Below, piece after piece: positions 23,882 to 35,449 of a DNA stretch of 64,000 nucleotides. Below the pieces are notes generated by a model. The model worked only from the letters and a program-made list of their open reading frames with translations, made no database searches and was not told the origin of the DNA. Both the position numbers and the translations under genes were made by a program. The stretch lies in the NCBI GenBank assembly GCA_026023565.1, contig JAPETS010000018.1, forward strand, positions 372,001 through 436,000, in the 5' to 3' direction. The stretch is from Cirrosporium novae-zelandiae. Taxonomy: Eukaryota. The stretch's first letter is position 1, and every line of letters begins with the position of its first letter.

Positions 23882-23987
23882 TGTTATGGACCATGCAGCA
23901 ATTTGGGAGACTGGGGGGACTTGGGAACCTGGACTTGGAGTAGGATGATTTATCACGGGGATAAAACTGGCAGCCCTCTACAAAGTA

Positions 23988-24111
23988 TGTTACGGATTAC
24001 TAGTAAGGGTACGGTAAGCGGTTACAGTAAACCATTTATGCGCTAAGCGGATAAAGAATATAAATAGTCTTTAGTATAGAGAATACAACCGTACCTTTTA
24101 CCACAATCACA
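23988..24111 (+). mobile_element. Possible unrelated solo LTR
   Basis: Starts TGTTACGG, contains TATAAATAG and GAATACA, ends in CA. No TSD found; right boundary uncertain. Confidence 0.35.
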
Positions 24112-24175
24112 ACCAGACCCTTAGGTACCTAGGTAGTTAAAAGTCGATCAAGTCAATGTCAATACGGTTGAGACC

Positions 24176-24295
24176 TGTGGTTTCTTGCAAGGGTTATCTT
24201 CATGTTCCGGGTTATTCCGTGCCAAGCCTAGCTGTATATAAAGTATAATTTTCATACCACAGTAGAATTAATTCTAATCCTTACACAAAATAACA
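24176..24295 (+). mobile_element. Solo LTR related to the adjacent Gypsy LTRs, in opposite orientation
   Basis: Shares TGTGGTTTCT, CCGTGCCAAG.CTAG and TACACAAAAT.ACA with the reverse complement of the 102-bp LTR; contains TATATAAA. Confidence 0.8.
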
Positions 24296-24299
24296 CCTG

Positions 24300-24401
24300 T
24301 GTGATTTTGTGTATCGTTCTTTATTAAATTTATCCAAAATATTCTAGTTATACTATCTAGTCTTGGCACGGCATCTTCCGAGATCTTTAACAGAAACCAC
24401 A
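24300..24401 (-). repeat. 3' LTR (102 bp, TG...CA)
   Basis: Direct repeat of 31051-31152 with one mismatch (24386 T versus 31137 C). Confidence 0.97.
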
Positions 24402-27400
24402 GCCTTTTTTATTTACTAAAGTTGGTCTTTTCAACCTCACTATCGTTATATATATAATCGTAGATAAAAATATTATCCGTAACCAAATAAATAAATATAA
24501 TAAATAGAATCGTAATATTTAAATATAAAATACGTACGGTCGATTGTAATTACGAGCCGTAAATAAATTATAAAAATAAATTTTCGTAACCAATATTTTT
24601 AGGGTAATTAATCTAAAATTATATAACGATTGTTAATTTTTTTTTTATTTTTTTTTTCAGCAATTATTTTTTTTCCGTAAATAATTTTTATTTATTTCTA
24701 TTAATTTTTTTACGAATAAATCCGTAATAATTAATAGTTAATAGATCTTTTTTTTTTTAATTTATTTTAATTTTATTTTCAATTTTATTTTCAATTTCAC
24801 TTTTTCCGTAAATATCAAATTACGAATAATGTTGGTTCGTAAATTAATCCGTAAATAGTAAATAAACAATAATCAGATTTTTATACCTGGCGGCGGTGGC
24901 GCTCCTTCTTTTTCTCCGGTAGGACCATTGGTTTTTATAAATCAGCATCCTCTTCGGCCTTGGATTTAGAGAAAGCGTCGTTTATATCAAACGGCGTTAA
25001 ATTTTTTACGGACCGGCCGTTTCTCTAGAATCGCTTATATAGCGATCCGCGAGTTTTTTACCGTATTATTGTCCAGTTTTATCGCGGGTTAAATTCGGTC
25101 GTTTTATACGGAAGCTGGGTTAATCTAATATAAATATTTTAATTATAATTTTTTTACGATTCGTAATTATTTATATTTATATTGAATAAAACTGGGTCGG
25201 CCTCGCGATCCCGTATATAAAAATTGTACGGCTGGACGTGGTTGTTTTATAGAATATCGATATTATTCTGGAGAATTTAATAGGGTATATACGAGTTGCT
25301 ATTATTAAGTATTTGCCGCTCGATATATTCGTCGTAAATTATTTTTTTTTTTACGGATTCTTTTTTTTGCGATTCGTAATTAATTTTTTAGGATTTTTTT
25401 TCCGTTCTTTTTTTTCTGGGTTTTTTTTTCCGTCGCCTAAATCTTTTTTTTTTTTTTTCGCGGTTCGTTTTTTTTTTTCCGGTTCTTCTCCTTCCAACGC
25501 TATTATTTTGACGTGATTATATAAATATTATAATTAGGTTCGCGGGTAATAATAATTGCGGTTTACGGATTATTTTTTAATTATATTTTATTTACAATTC
25601 TGAAATAAAATTTATTTCTAAAAATTATCAAATTTTTTAGTTTTCTGTAGTTTCGTTCGTAAATTGTAATTCCTAGATTTTTACGGATATATTTCGAATA
25701 ATCGGTTTTTATTATTTTCGATAATAATATTTATTATTTTTATATCGTTTTTTAATAATATATCAGTTATTTTCACGTCTGAAAATCTTATCGTTTCTAC
25801 GTTTAGAAATTTTATACGTACTAATTGTTCCGTAAAATTTTTTTTTATTTTTATTTTTCGAGTTTCGCTCGCAAACGGTTTTTATATATTTGAATTAAAT
25901 TTTACGAATTCCGCAAAAATTTTACGGATTAAATTATAAAATTCTATTATAAATTCTATAGGTTCTTTAATTATTATAATTAAAAATAATATTACAGTTT
26001 TTTACGATTATTATATTTTAATTTTTTCTTTTTTTATTAAAAAAAGACGTATATTTATACGTCGATTATCTACGAATTCTGTAAACGTTAGTATTTTTAT
26101 TTCAACCTCTAATTCCTGATTGAATTTTTGGGACGTTTAGGCTTAGTTAATTTTTCGAGACAAAATTTGTATTCGCGAATTCTATTAGTAATTCTTTATT
26201 TTTATTTTCGTAAATATTTAAACTGCTATTAATCGTTGGCTATTTATAAAATTTTTAATTATATATTTTTGCGGATCGCGTAATTAATATATTCCTAATA
26301 TTATAATACGTATAATCTTATATAATCCGAATTATTTGGTTTCGAATTTTTATAGAGTTTCGTTGCGGATAAAAATCCAATCGTTTTTACGAAACGATAA
26401 TAATTTTACGAATTTAATTTTCAGTTTTTTTTTAATTACTACTGTTTTTATAAATTTAATATTAATAATTATTTTTATATTTATTATATCCGTAATACGT
26501 TTGTTATATTCTTCCGCGGAAATTTCTAATAAAAGAGATTTAATAATATTAAGGTTTCTTAGTAATCCTGGATATCGTCTATAAAATAAATAATATAAAT
26601 TTTACTATATTTTGGTATATACTCGAACGCGAATCGTAAATAAAATTTACGGGAGATATTAGTCCTATAATATAATAGATTTATTTATTAAATATTTAGT
26701 TAATATACGGCCTAACGTTTTATTTAGATTTTTTATTTTTTTATTTGTTCGCGAATAATAAAAAATAGTTTTACGGTATTTCGTATCTATTAATTTTACG
26801 TATCGTTTGATAATTTTATTTAATAGATTCGTTTTATTATTCGATAAAATTTTTTTAAATAATCCGTAATTTATAAATATTTTTTCGTGAATAAATTGTG
26901 CTATTTTTTTTTCGGTAATATTCTATATTATTTCCGTAATTAATTATTTAATCGCAAAATCAATAGTTGTAATAATCCAGCGGTTCCCGTTGAATATCGT
27001 AGGAAATAATTTTATAAAATCTATATTTTATTTATCGAATAATTGAAGTTTAGAGTTTACGAATATTCGTGGGAACTCTCGTTTTAATTTAGATTGCGAA
27101 CGTTAGGTAATTTAATATTATAAATAATAATACGCGTATTTTTGTACATTTTTAATTATATCTGGCTACCAGCCGCGGAACCGTAAAACTCCTAAAAATT
27201 TTAAATAAACCAAATATTTATATTTTTCGTATATCGTTTTTAAGAAATTTGCTCGTAATAATAATTTTAAATAAAAAATTTCTGTTTTTTCGTATACGAA
27301 ATATAGTTTTTTTTTTAAATATTATTTAAAATTTTTTGCGGACTGTAAAATATTTTCCGTAAAATATTCTGGGGGTAACGTATTATTTCGTAAATATATT

Positions 27401-30400
27401 ATTATTATATTTATCTATTTTTTTTCGTTAAATCTATAAATAATATTAATATTAACCGTAAAATCTGATTTACGATTTAACGTATCTAAAATTATATTCT
27501 CTGTTTTTTTACGATAACGAATATTTAAAATTTATTATTAGAATTCGTCTAATTATCTCGCGAATTTTTTCGAAAAATACCGTATCGTGTTTATATATTT
27601 GAAACTGTCGTAATCGGTTAAAACCACAATTTTTCGGTTTTCGCGGACCTATAAATTCTATATATATAATATATATTTAATCGCGAATAATTCTTTTTCG
27701 TAGATTGAATAATTGATTTCCGCGAATATTAATTTACGGCCATTATAAATTACTGGATAAAATTTATTTTTCTCGTTATATTATAATAATTTTATTCCGA
27801 TAATTCTATTATTTGCGTCTATTACGATCCAGAATTTTTTATTTAAATCTGGTTATCGCAAAACTGGTTTTTCCGTAAAACGTTATTTGAAATATTTAAA
27901 AATTAACTAATATTAAACAATCCAAATTATTTTACGGAATTTACGATTCCGTATTTTTTAGTCGGTTTTTTTCAACAATTCGAATAAAAAAATATAAATT
28001 TTTACAAATTCTTTAATATATTTACGATAATAAATTGCGAGTCCTAAAAATTGACGTAATTCGTAAACGTTTTTAAAAATAAGCTAATCCAATATTATTT
28101 AGATTTTAAAATATATCGGGCGTATCTCGTTTTTTCCTATTAAATATCCGTAAAATTCTAAAATAATCGCACTTAATATATATTTAGAAGATTTTGCGAA
28201 TAATTAATATTTCCGTAAAAATTTAAAAATCGTTTATAAATATTATCGGTGTTTTTTTATCGTTTACGAATATATAACAACGTTATCGAGATATATCATC
28301 ATAAATTTATTAAAATAGGGCCGTAATATACGGTTTATTATTATCTGAAAAATTACAAAAATATTTACGAATCTAAATAATATAGCCGTAAATTCGAATT
28401 TACTTTATCTAATATTAAAAACCGTTTTAGAAATATCAGGATCCGCAATACGGATCTGCCAATATCCGTTAATTAGATTTAATTTCGATATATATTTGGT
28501 TTTACCTAATATTTTAAGACATTCATCTATCCGTGGTAAAGGATATCCGTTACGAATCGTAACTGCGTTTAATATTCGATAATCTATATATATTTTTTAT
28601 TTGCCCTCTGGTTTCTTAACAAAAAAGACTGGGAAACCCCAAAGATTTGCGGATTCGCGAATAAATTTTTTTTTAAATAGATCCGCAATCTATCGGGCTT
28701 ATTTTTCGAAATATATAAAAAACAGTGGGTAAATATTAATATTTATTAATTTTGCGTCGCTAATATCTATAAAATAAACTATATCACGTTCAGATAGTAA
28801 TTACGGAAAAAAATTTTCGCGAAATATATTTTAGTATTTATTCGCGAATATTCGTAAAAATTTATTTTTAGAAAATATAGTTAATTTATATTCGTAATAG
28901 AAAATATTCGTAATTAGTTTTACTATTATAAAATATACGATAAAAAATCCGGGGTATTATTTAAAAAAACCTTTTTTCGATTCGTGAAACGTTATAAAAC
29001 GATTATTCTAATCTAGTTTTTCCGATTTTTCTGTTATTTCTAAATAATTTAAACAGTTCTTAAAAAATTTGATTATCCGTAACCGGTATTTACGATTTAT
29101 ATTGTTATTAATTTTTATTATTATATTACTCTATTTAATATACGGATCGTATTTCCGTAATCAAAATAATCCTAAAACTATATTAAAATCAGGGAAATTA
29201 ATTACCCGAATTTATATAATTTTATAATATTCGTCGATTCGTAAATTTATTATCGTAGATTTTATAATTTATTCTAAATTATCGTTGGCCAAACGGGTTT
29301 ATTTTAATCCGTTTTTACGAATCGTAATAAAAAGATCCAGTTTCCTAATTATCGTATTTAATACGTATTAGAAATCCGTTTCCGAATCGATAAAAATATT
29401 GAAAAATATATACTGTTTATAAATTAATATTATAATTCGTAAAATATATAATTCCGTAACGTTTTACGAATAAAAATATCCGTAACGATTTATTCGTTTC
29501 TAATCTATAAATTGTATTAGTTTATTTAGGTCGATAAAAATATTTACGGAGATCTATAAATTTAATTTAATTATTTCTTCCGTAAAAACTAAATTTGATT
29601 TTTTTTCTCAATTTTTTTTTCCGTAAATTCCTGTTTTTTTAATCTATTTTTTTTTTTAATATAATAAATTTTTTACGAATATCTTTTACGTCCGTAATAA
29701 TAATAAATTTTATTCCGTTTATATTATTTTGATTATTCTGAAGAATCTTTTTTTAGACGCGGATCTTTTTTAATTATTAATAATTTATTAATCGCGAATT
29801 TTTCGCGGGTAATTCTTAAAATATTAATAATATTTATTTTTAATTGTAGAATTTTGATATAATTAAATACGTTTTCGTAAATAATCGTTTATTCCGTATA
29901 TTATTTTAACGTTATCGTACGAATTTCGATATTCTTTTCTATTTTTATCCGGATTTCTGGTTTTAGTCCTAATTTAAAACTATTCAAAAAATCGTTATTA
30001 TTTAACGTATTTAATAACGCGGTTCGCAATTCGCTCAATTTAATATAATAATTACGGACCGTATTTATTTGTTTGTATTTATTATATTTGTTCAATATTT
30101 TTTAATTATAGTTGATATTTTCGAAATTCGTAATTATTTATTTTTTGAATTTTTTAAAAATATTAACCGGTACCGTTAATTGTTGTTTCGTTATTACGTA
30201 ATACGTATATTATATTTCAATAATTTTGTCCGTAAAATAGGATATTACGAATTCGAATTTTTTAGGATTTAATTTTAAAAAATCGTATCGTTCGTAATAA
30301 TAAAAATAATTCTCAATTTCGATAAATTATTTACGAGCCGCGTTATTCTTCCGTATACTAATAAAAATATTTAGTTTTTTACGTTTGATATAACGAGGTT

Positions 30401-31050
30401 TATTTGTTGTATTTTTTATTTCCGTATTTTGATCGATATTTATTTTAAATTTTTACGAATAATCCGTTTTAGATTTTTGTAATTGATTCGTACCAGATTT
30501 AAATTTTTTATCCGTAATTTTTTTTATAAATTCCGTAAACTGTTTTATTTTTTATATTATTTATCCGAAATTGTTGTTCTACTGTTGTATATTTATTTTT
30601 AGAATTTTGAATTTTATTTCCGTATTTATTACGAATATAAATATTTATTCCGTTAATAATTACGTTTCTATTAATTGTTTTTACGGCGAAAATTATTTCG
30701 ATTAATTGCCGGATATTTCTGAAAAAAATATAGGATTCATTTTTGCGAATCGTAATCAAATATATTAAAAAATAAATTTATCGTAATTAATAAATAGTAA
30801 TAATCAAATAAAAAAAAAATTTGTTATTATTATTATTTTATAATATATTATTTTCTGCGGATATTATTTATTTTTTAACGGGGATTTTTAGAATAAAATC
30901 GTAAACTGGGCAGTTGATATCCGCAATTTTATTCCGCAAAAATAAATAGAGGATTAATCTATTTAATTTTCCGCGGAATAGCGGTTATCAACCGCCTGAC
31001 GGCAATAGAATTTTATCGTATTTAATTTATTTTTTTGTTATATTACCAAC

Positions 31051-31152
31051 TGTGATTTTGTGTATCGTTCTTTATTAAATTTATCCAAAATATTCTAGTT
31101 ATACTATCTAGTCTTGGCACGGCATCTTCCGAGATCCTTAACAGAAACCACA
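31051..31152 (-). repeat. 5' LTR (102 bp, TG...CA)
   Basis: Direct repeat of 24300-24401; AATAAA on the minus strand. Confidence 0.97.
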
Positions 31153-34100
31153 CCTGCATGGCTTCTCTTGCACGTGGGCTGTAATTGGGTTGCGACTATT
31201 TCTAACTTTTACTAGTGCGCGGATCGGTCCGCCCATCGAGGAACTCCGGCATGAGTACAAAGTACAACTCCTCGAACACCAAAGTTGAAGGTCGGCTTCG
31301 TCTATAATTAGAATTTTTTTCAACTTCTCTAGGAGTAACCAATTATTCCGCCGAATTCACCCGAAAACACCCGAAACGAAGTCTACATCCTTTGAAAGTG
31401 ATGAATAAAATTACCGGACTTTCGAAAATTTACTCCCGGCGCTAAAACTCTTGAAATTGAACTAAGGCACGGCTACCTGCTCCAGACTCCCTAAGGCTTC
31501 CCAGCTGCTGAGATTTTCGTAAGTCCAATTCACCAACGGACAGGCAAAGTCACTCTTATACGTGAATGAAGATGTATGTTGCATCCCGGGAATGCATTCC
31601 GGATATGGAGTTGCATTTATAGCGTGCTCAAGACATGAAAGAGACCTAGAAAAGAGTGAAGGATTGTCTCTGGCTTGTTTGTTCTGTGTCCTTGGATTCT
31701 CTCTCTTAGTGCATAAATATCCGCCCATTTCCCTCTCCAAAGCGTTTTTTCCTCAACACCTTTCATCAAGATAAAGGCTCAATAGCATAAACCTATCAAT
31801 CCCCCCAAGCTCCATGTTTTCTATTCTATGGCCTACATTTTTTAGAGTCTCTCCTTTCTTCTCTATAGTGTATTGATTCAACAAGTCAAAGCCTAGACAG
31901 GATATTTCAAAGTCTAATAGTTCTACAAATCCATTCCTTTTGACCTATCCCCTTTATTTTCTTGTGCTAGATACTTGCTACACCACTTTTACTCGACCTC
32001 CGGCTTATAATAACACCTTCATAGCTACTTGTACTTTCCTTTAGAGTATAACAATGGCCAGGCGTTTTGTCGTTTATCCTTTTTACCTATTTTCCCCTTA
32101 TCATCTTATTGTAACCCTAGTGCTTCCTCGATCGGTGTAGCAAATGCCCGAGTTATCGGCCGAAACTTCGAGGACTAAGCCAATGTCCTATAATGTCGTC
32201 GCGATGTCATCTTGATGCCGCCGAGGTATGGGCCATGTATCTTGTTCTTTTGCCTAACTCAGTCTCATATCTTAGTTGATCTTATTTGAGTCTCACTTGT
32301 TTTTTTAACACCCTTCACTTTACATCACATAAAGCCATGTTCATATACACCTAACACGTTTGAATAAGTTATGTATCTACTGGAGGAATCCATGTATGTT
32401 CCCTCATCAGCATAGCTTCTGCACAAATCCTATTCAGAACATATGATGTGGTACTTGATAAGACCCATTGCTGACATAGAGTAGAGAGGACCAAGGTCAT
32501 CCCCTCGAGCTTTAGATACCTCGAGTATAGTGATCCATTTAAAGGTTTGGAGTTTTCAGGTAAGAACCCTACAGTGCATACTGAGTATTTGCTCCCGCTA
32601 ACCTCTTCATCGTCTGGTCGAAGCTCCGCTCCAACGTGCTAGGTCAAGTCCAGCTTCCTACCCTCGAAACTACGCAACAAATCTGAAGTCTAGTTGATAA
32701 TTATGCAGCGACTATCAATTGCGAAAAAAATCCAATCCCATTATACCTGCCGCTCAGGTAAACATGCCCTCCTTTAAGAACAAGGTAGAGAAATGTGCGC
32801 ATTTCTATCTACTAGAGTATATGATGAGGCATGCTTTTGGGATCTGCACCTAAAAGTACATTATCAGATATCCAACCTAATAAACATCACCGCTTACGCC
32901 TCTCCTCTTCTTTATGCTTCACTTTGACACCCAAAAGGCTGCATTGATATAACAAGAGCCTAGCTTATTGGATTTTATACTACAACAATATGTCAATATA
33001 CTTTGTTCTATTTCCATGACATCTTGACGATGCAGATTGCAGGGGAAACTGATCTGAAGACTCATAAACGATGCTTTGCTATTATATACAATGCAGTCAC
33101 AAAAGATGACAAGGCTAAACCCATTCTCTTGCAAATCACCGCCTCAGTATATATATGTTATTATTACGAAGACCAAGTATACTGCGAAGACACGCTTCCC
33201 AACTATTACGATCGCATGAAGAGGCTATAGCTATTGTGGAAGCTGTTCTAATATCATACCCTGATACTACATCTTCTTTTGAGAAGTCTGTCCGCTGCTT
33301 TGGCACTACCGTGGCCTCATGAAAAGGCAAAAGCCACCACACTTGAGTGAAAACATTACCATTTCAAGACAGGGCTCTATTTACTCCCAAGAGCAACTCA
33401 ACCACTATTACGGAAGGGCGAAAAGGTATGGACAAGATGACTCACTCACATGGTATATAACATCAAGAGTGATTTTTTTATATATTGAATGAGAGTACCA
33501 AGGCACTTCTCAGCCACGCAGAAGCAAATTCCACTTGGAAACATGGTCTGGAAAATTCTGCCAAGCTGAAGGGACCAAATCTGGCTTGAGGCATCCCCCT
33601 TCCATGGTGGTGTTTGTCTGTCCTTCTCGGAGATAAACCGGAAAAGCCAAAAATATATAAGCAAACAAAGACAAAAAAGACACTTGGATATACGACTCAA
33701 GACTTGATTTGAAGCTAAAGGTAGCAACCTTAGGACATTGGTCGCTAGAGAAAACCATTTCCACCTAGAAAGAAGTCTGCCTGTCTTCAGAAAAGTCAGA
33801 CAACTCCGGGCAATCCATGTTCGGATATGGAATCCAAGAAGCGGCTGAACTTTTGCGTATGGCAAAAAGAATCTCATGCGCCATAGAATAGACTATTGAG
33901 TATAGTTTGGAATATCACAATTCTAAGGCGGCGGTTTGTATTTCTCGAGTAGCAGCTCAACTACACAAGAGAAAGCCAGAAGGACTTACAGGGGGAAAAG
34001 GCAAACCGGAAAGACCGGTTCCTATATATATAGCAAGGAGCTCAAACATTCCAGAGAAATAATTTCAACGTCCAAAGGACCAAATCTCAACCCATAGGAA

Positions 34101-34804
34101 GCAACCTGAAGAACCCAAAATACTCGTTCGGAAAAGACTTTAAGATTCTAGGGTGTCGACTAATCACGCAAGAGCTAAAGATAAGAATTGTTCTCGTCTA
34201 CTTATCAAGCCACTTTCTGCTTCACGAGCTTATTCATTCTCAAATTTCAATCTTAATACCAACTGGCTAGCGCTCTTTACCCTTGAGTGATATAACTCTC
34301 ATACCTCTGTTGTTGCCTGTAGCAATATCTACGAGCTACAGCTTCACGGATTCGCTTGGTATACGGAGATATCAACTAATGGGTGCTTCTCCTTTTCTCA
34401 CCTTGGCTTGACATAACATTGTGGTAAAGCAGGCAACTATATCCCTTACAACAGGGAACCAGCGCCACGTTAAGGGAAACCCCATCAACGAAACTTCCCA
34501 AGGAAGGGTTTGCCAACCAGAGCTATGCTATCATTTGGTTACTTAACCAGTGCCTCCGTCCCTTCAATGGAAAAGGTACCGACAAGAAACCAACTTTGGA
34601 GTCTACCTCTAGCGGAATATCAGTATGTGAGAGACAGAATTACCTTTCAGATACCCATTCATCCTCTTTGAACTTCCTGGTTTTCTTTTAGAAGTCGTTA
34701 GAACTTCAGCCCTGTTATGGCAACCCAATTGCTATCAATGCACCAAGGACAGCCACAAATTTCTTATACACAATATTTGCATATGCTCTACCACTGTATA
34801 TATT

Positions 34805-35180
34805 TACACACTTACCTCATTGATTATATAAAACCTCCAGAGACTAAAAAATCCCTCCAGGTGGGTTTGGATGGGTGGTTGGATGGTCTGGTTGCTTACC
34901 CAACTAGTTTGGCAGACACCACATCCTACCATCTAATTACTCCAAAAAAGCATTCGGGCTCTTTATATAGAACATCCACATGTGCTCTACTACATTATAT
35001 ATTCACACACACACACACACCTCATTAATTATATACCCCCCCCCTCGAAACCAAAAAAACCTCGCTAGGTGCGGGTTTCGACAGATGGTGAGCGGTCCGG
35101 TTGCCTACCTAGCCAGCAGCTAGTTTGACCAGACACTTGATTCTACTATCTAATCACTCCAGAAAAAAAAGCATTTGGTT
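34805..35180. repeat. Diverged tandem duplication, unit ~210 bp
   Basis: CCTCATT.ATTATATA...GGGTTT.GA...GGTC.GGTTGC.TACC...CTAGTTTG..CAGACAC...ATCTAAT.ACTCCA.AAAA occurs twice in the same order. Confidence 0.75.
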
Positions 35181-35449
35181 TCGGTCTTGCGCTATGTGCT
35201 ATGGCTGCTTAGTGTTCAAGAGACACTTGATATACCCCCTTGCAAGCCTACATCGAAAGAATGCTCTCTATATCTACAAAATCGTCTAAAAGAACTACCA
35301 CTGCACGCCATTCACGATTCGAGAGTGGATTTGGGGGTAGAGGGAAGGCTAAAGAGGAAATTTCTACCCATTCAGGATGAAATCTGCTATACAATATTTC
35401 ATCGCCGTGCCAGTTAATGTCATGGTTAATTATAAAACCGCGAAGACAA

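Larger units (their letters stand above)
24300..31152 (-). mobile_element. Full-length Ty3/Gypsy LTR retrotransposon, inactivated by RIP
   Basis: LTRs 24300-24401 and 31051-31152; CCTG TSD; PBS-like TGGTAAT after the 5' LTR; purine tract before the 3' LTR. Relics on the minus strand in Gypsy order: Zn knuckle (~29690), protease FIDSE (~29385), RT YPLPRIDE...GYWQIRI...IYLDNVVIYS (~28280-28560), RNase H NYSIYEKELFAI (~27700), integrase (~26300-27200). Confidence 0.96.

Noticed and set aside
25313..30759. F/I/N/K-rich ORFs suggesting a mitochondrial insertion
   Set aside because: They lie inside the RIP-mutated Gypsy element; LTRs and pol motifs explain the AT richness.
31157..31380. GCTGTAAT (SRP-like start) and GGGTGAATTCGGCGGAA (RNase P CR-I-like, minus strand)
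   Set aside because: The other required motifs (SRP helix 8, RNase P CR-V) were not found; an Infernal/Rfam search would settle it.
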